Assembly: GCA_051294375.1 (NCBI GenBank)
Contig: JBJCIZ010000744.1
Coordinates: 210,206-274,205, forward strand
Length of the DNA: 64,000 bases
Source of the DNA: Paraspadella gotoi
Lineage: Eukaryota; Animalia; Chaetognatha
Reading direction: 5' to 3'
A model generated the notes under the pieces. The model saw only the letters and a list, made by a program, of their open reading frames with translations. It ran no database searches and was not told the origin of the DNA. Made by a program: the position numbers and the translations under genes. Position 1 is the stretch's first letter, and each line of letters opens with the position of its first letter. Positions 53,104-64,000 of this stretch are shown here, in pieces.

Positions 53104-55376
53104 AGAGAGCACGATTTGCACAGCAGTCATCAGCAACACTCCCTGCACAACCACGTTCATAAGTTCTCTTAAGCATCACGATACAGTGCCACCTTTTTCG
53201 GTCTTTGAACTTACCCATAACTCACCCTTACCCTTACCCCCCCTTCCAATCTTCTCGATTTCCTGATGAAGCAGATTTTTCTTTTCTTTTCTTCAGATTC
53301 GTGAGATTTTCACAAAATGTTCACCAAAAAAATGAGGGAAGGGGACACGAAATTCGGCCTCCTTTTTTTTTTTTAACTAAAGATTTTTCAGGGCTCACAA
53401 TAAAGCGAAATAAAGCGAGTCGAGAAAGTAGGAAAGCAAGGCCAGGTCCGGACTGGGGCACATAGTGGAAACTGGAGAGTAAAGATAGAATACGAAAAGT
53501 ATCCATTATTTAAATAAATAGGTAAGTTACCTTGTACCTCTTGGAGTTGACAAACTATGATGAATAAGGCCATCCATTCCTTTACCAGGGGACAATGCTG
53601 GGATAGTATTTAAATATACTATACATATAATTATTTAGACCTCATGCCTACGAAGTCGTGAGTTCGAGGCCGCTCCTGTTCAAAAAGACGACTAGACTAG
53701 AGTTTCTGAAAATGTTGAATATTTTATTGTGATCCAAACCCGTAGAAACTAAGTTTCAGACGGGAGACGCTTCTTATTTTATGATTTGACCAAGAAAATT
53801 GAATTCATCAGAAACCAGATCAAATTAACCTTAAAAAGGACCTGGTCAGTAGTCAATTTGACCTTAAAAGAAAGAGTGACGTTCGGAAAACAACCGTGAT
53901 GTTTCAATTTTTTTATCCGAATTTTAAGAACTCAAATGAAGACCTTTTTTTTAGTCCGGTGACTTCGTTTCTCCGAGGTGACCCGCCTGTTCAACTTCGG
54001 GTGGGTACTTAACCGTGTCACTGTTCCCTTCGTTCAATCCTTACCCCGGCGCACTTGGTGCCCTCGCGCGAGGCGGGAATACACGGTTTGTTACCAGAAG
54101 AGTTTTTATGGTCTCTCTCTCTCTCTCTCTTTCTTTCTCCCCCCCCTCTCTCTCTCCCTCTCAGTTATCGTCAAATGAGATAAAAAAACTTTCCCTGCCA
54201 AAAAACTCCCTTCTCCTCACAATCACCACAGCCCCAAAAAACTCTCTCTCCTCTCTCCTCTCTCTCTCCTCTCTCTCTCTCTTCTCTCTCTCTTCACCCT
54301 GACCTCAACCTAACCTTAGCCGAGTCGAGTTTTAGAGACGCGTTTATGCCCACTTTATCGGAGAGACGCCTTTGGCTCGTTTTCTGGTTTGGGAATGGAG
54401 TTATTGATGTGGGTTGGTCTGTGTAAGAAGAAGGTGATGGTAGTTTGGCGAGTCAGTTCAATGTCGCGCTGGAAAATACATGAAATCGCGTTTAAGATTT
54501 CGCTCAAAAGGATGATTTTTTTCTCTTTGATAAAATTAATTTATGTTTTTATACTTTTTTTTAAACAGTTTTTTGACACAACATGTGATACTTAATGACC
54601 ACATTTTTACCCGGAAAGTCTCGCTTTGTATTGAAGAACTGCTCACAGGACGGCGCCAACGATGAGCATTAAAATGATTTTAAGGAAAAACCATATTTCC
54701 AGTTAAACAGTATGCATTCTGAAGGGGCCAACGTTTCCCAGTTCAAGATATGTTCTATTCATTTTGTTGACTTTTTCCTTTAGCTTTTACTCAGATATGC
54801 GCAAACATTTTGCCATTAAAGACGGCCACTTTTCAACTGGTGAGCCAACCATTTTGCATTTAAGACGGCCACTTTCAACTGGGTGGGCCAACCATTTGCC
54901 ATTTTAGACGGCCCACTTTCAACTGGATGAGCCAACATTTTGCTTTTTAAGACAGCCAACTTTCAACTGGGTGAGCACCATTTGCATTTAAGCGGCACTT
55001 TCAGTTGGGGGGGCCAACCATTTGCACTCAAGACGCCCACACTCAGACGGCGTCGGCGTCTCTTTCTTATCTTTCTTTAACGAATTCGACGCGGTTTCTG
55101 GGTCGGCGCCATTTTTTTTCTTGGCGGCGCGGACGACAGCTGCGCAGTCTGCGGCGAGCTGCGGACTGTAGCGTCGGAATGCCATTTTGTTCGAAATCCC
55201 CTGGCGGTGAAAAGTTAAACTCTTCTTTTCTTGTTGGCAACAAAAAAAAATTTTGTTTAGAGGGGGCGGTGGGGCGGACAGGAGCGAGGGGGCGGAAGGT
55301 TGAAGAATCGAAAGTTTGAAAATAAAAACTTGAAGAAAAAAAGGAGAAAAATAGACGAAATAAGGAAAAACACTCA

Positions 55377-55407
<31 letters not shown>

Positions 55408-56813
55408 ATTTTGGTTTACTCCTTTTCGGGGGGAAAGAGGTGAAGAAGAGGAGGAGGAGGAAGAGGAGGAGGAGGAGAGGAGGAGACCCGAAAAAATCGT
55501 GAACAATCGAGCGACGAGAGAGAATTCGGTGAAAAAGTGAGAGGGAGAGATGAGGAATAATTTCCTCAAGATGTCAAATTGAATATTAAAAGTCTATATG
55601 AACCAGAAATTTCTCGCTGCTCTCAGACAAAATTTTCAAACTGCATTTAATTTTTGAGTAATCATTTAAAAAATTAATGATGGAATTCAACATTTTATTC
55701 ATACAAATTTTATTCATACAAATGACAACTTTGATCACGGTCGCTCAAAATTAGCACTTAAACCCAATGATACGTTTTTTTAACACCAAGAATAATATAA
55801 ATTATTAAAAATACCGCGGTAAACGCACACGCTAAAAAAATAACAAACAATGACGATGATGTCGCGAAAGCAATGTAAAAAAATAAACTAAAATGGAAAG
55901 GAGAAAATAAATAAAACAGGATGTATTGTACTGACTTAAAATTTATTCTACATATGTCATACTGCCATAGTTAGGACAACTTCCCCAAGACTACCCACAA
56001 AACCTTACCAAAGACCGCACCAGATGCCTAAAATCCCCCAATGGGGATAGTCTAACGGGAATGGATTCAAATGAAACGCTTAATGTCCTAAAAGACATTC
56101 TCTTTCATAATGAAAGTCGGGAGTTATTGGGAAGTTCACAAAAAAACCCCCGACTGCCCCCCACGACAAACCCTTCAACATCTTCACCAATCGACTGTCC
56201 CCCCCCAAACCCTCAACTTCTTACCATCGACTTCCCTCCCCCCACAACCCTCAACTTCTTCACCAATCGACTTCCTCCCCCCAAACCCCTTACTTCTCAC
56301 CAATCGACTGCCCTCCCCCACATAACCCCTTCAACTCTTCACCATCGACCGCCGCATTCGAACTCTCAGATACTGATTCCTTCATCTTTGAGTCTACTTC
56401 TTCGACATTCTCGACGAGGAACTTGGTGGCCATCGGGAAAGCACCTCCGCTCCTCGGGTGTTGGAGTTGCTCTCGATGTGACGGGTGAACGGGGGTGACC
56501 TGAGGCGACCCGGGGAGTGGGGTGTGGTTTGGAGTGGGGGGGGGGAATCGATAGTCGAAAATCGTCGGTGAAGAAAACAATTGTGCATAATTCCGATTTT
56601 AATCTTCGATCGTCGAGATGTGCAATGCATATTCCATCGTGCAATGTGCATAGTTTAAATGTAATACGAAAGTAAACATTACATTAAAGTCTGAAAGCTT
56701 TTTTCGGAAGTCGACGGTGAAAATGCATTCACAATAATTATTATATCATTCAATGTTTTAAAGAAAAAAATTATCACAATAGAACAAGTACAGCTATTTA
56801 TCTTCTATCTTAA

Positions 56814-56863
<50 letters not shown>

Positions 56864-57418
56864 ATCTCTCACCCCGGCTCTGATGGGCGACATGGAGGTA
56901 TGTCATCCGGCTCCCCTTCCGGCGATTTCCGGCACACGACCTCCATCGCCCGAGAGACGTTTTTCGACGTCGAGGTGAACGACGTGAGAACGAGACGATT
57001 TCCTTCGGCGTAGAGGGCGCGAGAGGCTGCATCGACGCCGCCCACGCCGCGGTAGAGGACGGGGCAGGGCGCGGCGGAGCAGCGGAAGCGGAGAGTGGGC
57101 GTGGCCAAGATGGCGACCTCGAGTTGAGAACCGAGTGAGAAGAGAGTTTCGTCGTAGGCGGTGGGAATGTAGGCGGGTTCCTTTTGTTTTTGTTTTTTTT
57201 TTGGGGGGGGGATTATTATTTAATATACTAAAAAAGTCAATAAAAAAAATAATGAATTGTCAATAAAATAATATCAATAATAAATTAAGAGTCTAATCTA
57301 ATAATCATTTTAACTCAAAATCAAATCAAATAAAATCAAAAACAAAAAAATAAAAAAAAATTAAAAAAAATAAAAAAATAAATCAAATCAAAATATATGA
57401 AATATATATATAATATAT

Positions 57419-57455
<37 letters not shown>

Positions 57456-57553
57456 TAATAATATTAAATCAATTCAAATAATTAAAATCAAACCAAATCA
57501 AAGCAGAGTTTAATTAAAACATCATACTAATCAAGCATTTTTATTCCCCCCCC
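52905..57553. repeat. Right arm of the inverted duplication, including a ~36-bp tandem repeat at 56150-56350
   Basis: Reverse complement of 43568-48326 with a local substitution at ~53590-53870. Confidence 0.9.
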
Positions 57554-58249
57554 NNNNNNNNNNNNNNNNNNNNNNNNNNNNNNNNNNNNNNNNNNNNNNN
57601 NNNNNNNNNNNNNNNNNNNNNNNNNNNNNNNNNNNNNNNNNNNNNNNNNNNNNTGTTCGCTTACGCTTTCCGGATCGCGTCCACATCTCTGTATTTAACC
57701 TTAATCTTTTTTTTAACCTGTATCCTTAATCCATAACCAAAACTATAATCCTAATCCTTAACTTTAATAACCTTATATATACTCTCCGTAACTTAATTAT
57801 TAAATTTAAAAATCAATTTAATTTGAAATTTAAGCTGAAATGTGAAGCTTTTGGAAAAGATGGCCAGGGGGGGCAAGGGTAGAGAGATATTACGAGTCGT
57901 CTTTTAAATCGAGGTTTGAATTTATTTGGTTTTGAAATAAAATGAAAAGGGTAATTTAAAATCTTTTAATATAGTTTAATTAGTTTTTTTTAGTTAATTT
58001 TAAAGCTACTTCTTTTTATATTGAGACAAAATATATTTAAAACAAGATACAACTCTGTTTAATTAATCCGTTAAAGTGAGGAATTTAATAATCGAATTGA
58101 ATGAAAATTATCGAGAAAGGTTATTTATTCACTCTTATAAACAAAAAAACCTATTAAAGGACATTTCAGAATATTAAAAAAAATAATATCCGCCCATACG
58201 CAAAAATCGTTAATCCAAAGAAAAAGAATTTTTTCAAGGACTCCGTTCC

Positions 58250-58283
<34 letters not shown>

Positions 58284-58696
58284 TAATAAAAAAATTATAA
58301 ACTACAAAAAGGGGAAAAATTTTGCTAAAAATTTATTATTTCAAGAATTCGTTTTCCTCGGAAATTTTTTTTTCTCTCTCTCTCTCTGCTTCTCTCCCCT
58401 ATCTTTTTCTTCCCTCTTTCTCTCCACGATATTTAAATTCTTTTAAATCTGTTTACGTGATGTAAATAAAAAAAGGGGGAAAAAAAATATATAAATTATA
58501 ATACAAAATGGTTATCAAAACATGATTCAAAAACACAAAGAAAACCGTCCTGTCAAAAAATATGAGTTCTGGAAGATCCCCTTTAACACTTGCACATCCT
58601 CCACCCTCCCCTTAACGCCTCCGCCCCCCCCTTTAATCCCTACCTCGGTCAGGCGCCTCCTCATCCATCCCGGAATGGAGCCTGACGTGTCACCAG

Positions 58697-58779
58697 GTTA
58701 CATACGGGGCTCTCGACTCCACGGTGACGCTCGCCTGTCAAGTCAAGGGCCTCGATCTCAAGGCTCTCACCTTTTACCG
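58697..58779 (+). CDS. Exon encoding the N-terminal half of an immunoglobulin-like domain
   Basis: cag|VTYGALDSTVTLACQVKGLDLKALTFYR|gtaag; Ig B-strand pattern TVTLxC with a strong donor. The exon may start earlier, at 58653. Confidence 0.5.
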
Positions 58780-59633
58780 GTAAGACTGCTGGGAGAGAGA
58801 GAGAGAAGAGGAGAGAGAGGAGAGATCTCAAGCTCTCACCACTTGTACCGGGTAAGGACTGGTGGTTGGGAGAGAGAGAGAGAGAGAGATCTCAAGGCTC
58901 TCACCTTTTACCGGTAAGAACTGGCTGGAGAAGAGAGAGAAGAGAGAGAGACAGATCCAAGGCCTACCTTTTACCAGTAAGGACTGCTGGAGAAAGAAGA
59001 GAGAGATCTCAAGGCTCTACCTTTTACCGGTAAAGACTGGCTTGGGAGAGGAGAGAGAGACATTAAGGCTTCCACCTTGTACTCGGTAAGAACTGCTGGG
59101 GAGATGAGAGAGAGAGACGAGAGAGATGCCATCATTTTCGAGACGCTGTAAGAGAGAGAAGAGATCTCAAGGCTCTCACAGCTTTATTAGTAGACTGGCT
59201 GGGAGGAAAAGAGAGGAAGAAAGAAGGTTGCTGGCGGTCTCACTTTTGACCCGTAAGAGGCTGGAGGAGCGAGAGAGAAGAGAGAGAGATCTCAAATGGT
59301 CTCCCTTTACATGGTAAGACTGGCTGGGAAGGAAGAGAGAGAGACGAGAGAGGAGAGAGGGGAGGACTCAAAGGCTCTCACCTTTTAACCGATTATAATC
59401 TGGGTCTGGGAGAAAGAAGGGGAGAGAGAGATAGAGAATCTCAAAGGCTCTCACTTTTTACTTAAGCGGCCCCGGATAGAGAAAGATAGACTGAGGCAGG
59501 CAGAAGAAGAGAAGAAGATAGGGAAGGAGGCACGGAGGCAGAGAGAGAGAGAAGATAGATAAGGAGAAGGGAGGGCCACGGAGACGATGAGAGAATAGAG
59601 AGGAGAGTAGATAGGGGAAGGAGGCACGGAGGC

Positions 59634-59668
<35 letters not shown>

Positions 59669-59705
59669 TCTCAAGGCTTTTACCTTTTACCGGAAGGACT
59701 GACTT
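58754..59705 (+). repeat. Tandem array of ~55-75-bp units: gatctcaaggctctcaccttttaccg|gtaagactggctgg + (GA)n
   Basis: About a dozen degenerate units; the first is the end of the Ig-like exon. Confidence 0.85.
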
Positions 59706-59750
59706 AGAGACTGAGAGAGAGAAGGAGAGAAAGAGAGATAGAGAGGGAGA

Positions 59751-59876
59751 GACGATCACCACCTCTCCTTTTTGACTTACTGCGTCGTTTCGTATCACGA
59801 TCATGACCTCAGTTTTGTGCAGAGCGACCCGATGTTGACCTCACCTTTTTTCCCCTCGAAAAGTCACAATTTGTGA
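59751..59876 (+). CDS. Possible C-terminal Ig-like coding segment
   Basis: Open frame DDHHLSFLTYCVVSYHDHDLSFVQSDPMLTSPFFPSKSHNL*, loosely resembling Ig F/G strands; acceptor site not visible. Confidence 0.3.
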   Translation, partial: DDHHLSFLTYCVVSYHDHDLSFVQSDPMLTSPFFPSKSHNL

Positions 59877-61073
59877 AGTGAGTTGAAGGGGATATTCTCA
59901 CGATCGGATGTTAACGGTGAAACGGTTCTCGAAGTCAGAGACAAGATAGCTTATTTATTAAATGAATGGATAATTTTTATATTGGTTGTACCAATTTCAT
60001 AAACAATTTACGAGCTCTTCACACAATTTGACGACTTGACCCTATTTATTTAACCAATTTTTGGTCCATCTGTCCGTCTCTATAGATGTTACATTAGAAA
60101 ATATTTACTAAAAAGAAATAAATATAAAAAAATTCATTGTTTAAATAATGTAGTAGCTTGAATAGGAAAGAGAGAAAGAGGAAAAGAAGTTTTGGAAAGA
60201 GGAAGAAAATACTAATTAAGCAATAAATTGCATAATTCAGACAGAACAGAACAGAACAGACCACGAGGCAGAACAAAGAAAAGAACAAAAACAGAATTAC
60301 GATTAATCGAAAGTTAGGAAACTGATTTGTTTTCTCATAAATTATCAAAACTCCTTTCGACTCTCTTATCCCAGAGCGCCCAATTTCTGTTCCTTCATCC
60401 CGAAATGTAATTTCTATTTTATTATTTAACCTCAACGTATTCTTAAACTTATAAGTTATAACCCGAAACCTTATCCTAAATTCTAATCCCGAACCCAAAC
60501 CAATGATCTTAAAACGGCCTACATTAAACCTTTAAATCCCCTTTCAGAAAGGGATTTGTCCCGCTTTTATTGTGAAAAAAAATTCTGGAGGGCGAGAGCT
60601 GGTGAGAATGTGGAGACCTGGGGGGGGGGGGGGGGGGCGGGAGGGGGGGGGCGGGATTTGAAGGGCGAGATTTAAAAAAACGGAAAAGGGAATGAAATAA
60701 ATCAGTCGTGAGTTGAGAGCCGGGTAGGGCCTTTTTGAGAGAGAGAGAGAGAGAGAGAGAGAGGAGGAGAGAGAGAGAGACGAGAGAGGAGAGAGAGAGA
60801 AGAGAGAGAGCAATGCAGAAAAACAAGCAAAATGACAGAGAAAGTAGGAATTTCGCCTTTTCCATTTTTTTTCCCCTTTGACAGGAATTTAACACACTTC
60901 ACCTCATCTCTGACTCTCTCGTTGCTCACCGTCACTCGTGTCCTCTCTCTCTCCTCTCATCTCTCTCCCTCCTGTCTCTCATCTCTCCTCATCTTCCTCC
61001 CCCTCCTCTCTCTTCTCTCTGCTCTCCTCTCCGTCTCTCTCTCAGTCACTCTCTCCTCCCTGCCGCCTGCCAG

Positions 61074-61154
61074 GAAAATGGGAGAAAATTCCCGAAGAGA
61101 GCATCGTCCTGGAGAAAATCAACAGAGACACGAAGAATTTTCAATCTTCGCCAG
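61074..61154 (+). CDS. Candidate internal exon
   Basis: Long polypyrimidine tract plus CAG acceptor and a consensus CAG|GTGAGT donor; open in more than one frame. Confidence 0.3.
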
Positions 61155-64000
61155 GTGAGTTTTTTCCTGCGGGCCGAAGGGGGAGAGAGGGTGAGGGTAA
61201 AAGGTAAGGATCGAGAGGGAAAATAAGAAGAGGGAGGAAGAATGAGAAACAGAGAGAGACACACACACACACACAAACTTTAATACAGAGAGAGATTAAT
61301 GTTGAAAAGGCGGTGATGGGTGAACCGAACAAGTTGGAAAATGTGAACTGTAGCAGAAGGAAAAAAGAGTGAATGACGAATGAAATACGATCCCGGCGAC
61401 GCCGCGGCTTGGCGGCTTGGCGGAGGGGCGGCTGCCGCGGGTAGGTGGAGAGGCAGCGTCATGGCGCGGGATGTGTACGAAGCTTTATAGTTAAGACCAG
61501 TATTAAGTACTAAGAAAATCTCTATGTTTATGTTTCTCTATCTCTATGTTATCTCTGTCTTGCTCTCTCTCTCTCTTCCTCTCTCGGTCTTTCTTTCTGT
61601 GCCTCTGCTTCTAACTCTCTCTGTCTCTCACTCTAATTCTCTATCTCTCTATCTCTCTATCTCTCTATCTCTTAGTCTCTCAATCTAATTCTCTATCTCT
61701 CAAACCCATAAAAGGGAGTCGTTAACTCGGACGCGCGAGCGTTTGACCTTTGGGCGACGCGACTCCAGGAGGTCTTCACATAGGAGAGAGGGGGATAGTT
61801 ATCATTGGACGAGAGGATAACTATCCACGATGACATTTTCGCCGATTGGAAAAGGAGAGAAGGGGAGAAAGGAGGCGCTGAGTCACGTAAGACGTCGTGT
61901 GAAACTTACGTGTAAAAATCCCGTGAAAATAAACACGAATTGAGATAAAAATTGTATCACAAGGACTGAGACTCTGTAAGAAAGAAGCGTTTATAGAAGA
62001 TAGATTTATCACACCGTCGAAGATACTTATTGCGAGATGAGAGACATCTCGTGGGTTATTTTAGGATACATATTAAAAAAAAAAAACTCCGATGTTTGAA
62101 ACTAAGTCAAAGAACCTTTGAATTAGAAACATTTTCCCTCAACAGTCTTTTCGTTCTATTTTCGTCGTCATCTTTGTTTGTCTAGAAAATGTTCTTTTGT
62201 TTGAGAGAGGAACGTTTAAAAGCTGGAGGAATCGGGGAAGGTTCCAGAAATATCGTTTTGAATGCTATGTTTAAAAAAATTTTAATTAAAATTAAAAAAA
62301 ATAAGTTTTTTTTCTCTTTCTCTCTCTCTGTCTTTTTTTCTCCCTGTCTTTCTCCCTTTCTCTCTATCTCTCTCTTTCTTCCCCCTTCTTCTCCCTAAAT
62401 AATATTGATAAATAAATATTTAAGAAATAATAACTTTAATTTTGATTCTTCTATTTTTTATTAATTTCTTAAATATTTNNNNNNNNNNNNNNNNNNNNNN
62501 NNNCATCGTCTACAATTCATATCTTTTGTCAACTTCCGTTTCATCATTTTTGTCCTTAGTCATTCTCATTCAAGACCGATCGTTGTCGAGGCTCATGATC
62601 CCCGTTAATCGAAAGTTCAGATGGCAAATGTCGTCGTCGTCGTCGTCGTCGTCCGTCGTCGTCGTCGTCGTCGTCGTCGAAGCTACATTTATGTCGTCCC
62701 TTCCGACTAAATGAGGCGAAATCAACGACGAATTTTTGTCGGATTTGTGGCGAATTTTGTTGGATCAGCGGCGAAAATAATCGATTCGCCGTCGTTGTCG
62801 AAATCGTCAAATCGTGACGTGAATACTGGGATGGTGTTAAAGTTAGAGAGGGCGAGTTAAATGTTATAATATTTAGTTCAATCAAGTGAAATTCTAAACG
62901 ATTTTCTTTCTACATTATTTTCTTTTATTTTTTTTTCTATATCCATTCGCTGCTAAATCTTCGAGAAAAAAATATTAATAATGGCGTTTCGTTTCGCTTG
63001 ACGTCATTCCATAAATCGGATCGCCGCCTCTTTGACGTCACATTTGCGTCTCTTTGACGGCATCCTGGCGCCAATGGTAATTTAACTGGCGGTGGCGATA
63101 GAGCCGTTCGACACTTTACCATTTGGTTGTTATGTGTATTGTGTATTGTGTAATGTTTGTTGTATTTTTTGCCTGTATCTTTATCTTTTTCGCTCCTTAA
63201 AAGTTATTAATGTTGTACTTTTATTAAGAAAGAAAGAAACCAATCATTGAATTAACCATCCAACAGTATAACCAATCTTTCAATCAATTATTCAATCAAC
63301 AAATAACCAAACTTTTAAGTATTAAACAAAACCCAACCAAACTTTTACATGGCATCAAGTTTAGCTAATCCGTCTGAGAGGCCATTTTAGAGACGCATTT
63401 TCGAGCCAATTTTAGAGACGCAGTAAATCGCGTAGAAATGAAAGAAAATAAAAGGAGGAAACAAACAGTATTATCAGAAAAAGTAGGAACATTTTCGACA
63501 ACAGTGAGCGGGAAAGGAAAGGAGGGAACAAGATAAAATGAGAGACGAGAGGAAAATATGGCAAGGAAGAGACTTTAGAAGAAGAAGTTATATCGAAAAA
63601 TCTTTGAAGATAAAACTGGATTTTAAGATGAAACGGGGCGCGTTGGGAAAAAAGGCCGAAAAGTAAAAAAAACAAGTGTATAATTGTATAATATAATATA
63701 ATCTATTAAGGAAATTCGTGTTTCTTTCGAAGTAAAAAAAAATAAAGCTTGTAACTCCCCCCCCCCCCACCAAAAAATTATTTATGATCGGAAGTAAAGA
63801 AAAGTTGCGAATATACAACCAAATTCTGGAAATTACTTTATTAATTAATCATAAGATGTAAACTGCGCCGAAGGAAAGAAATGAAAAGCAATAATGTGCT
63901 AAATAATTCATGCTTATTTATTCTTTTTTCTGACAAAAACGAAAATCGGGGGGAAAAAGAGAAATAATATTTATTTCATTTGAGCAAAAGAAAAGAAAAA

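Noticed and set aside
62999-63040. Two CRE palindromes TGACGTCA
   Set aside because: No supported transcription start or gene nearby; could be chance or coding sequence.

Overview
AT-rich, intron-containing eukaryotic DNA (probably an invertebrate animal; inference) from a noisy, gap-ridden long-read-type assembly. It is dense in (AG/CT)n microsatellites, minisatellites and kb-scale direct and inverted duplications, so most ORFs in the supplied track are spurious. Manual reading recovers: (1) a spliced gene for a protein with three dsRNA-binding motifs (21235-22174, truncated copy near 7.4 kb), directly preceded by a ~100-nt hairpin that reaches its ATG; (2) two tandem copies of a 6-exon membrane-anchored V8/glutamyl-endopeptidase-like serine protease (TAGH / DVG / GNSGSP), plus an inverted exon fragment; (3) two families of short elements with T(A/G)...CA ends, 4-bp target-site duplications and an internal tRNA-like Pol III module (Helenus/TRIMp3-like solo LTRs rather than SINEs); (4) a Helentron/DINE-like non-autonomous element present in only one copy of a duplicated block; (5) two copies of a minimal Penelope-type hammerhead-like motif; (6) an Ig-like exon whose 3' end and splice donor are tandemly amplified into an array. 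All translations and alignments were done by eye; frameshifts may be sequencing errors, and several duplications may be assembly artefacts.
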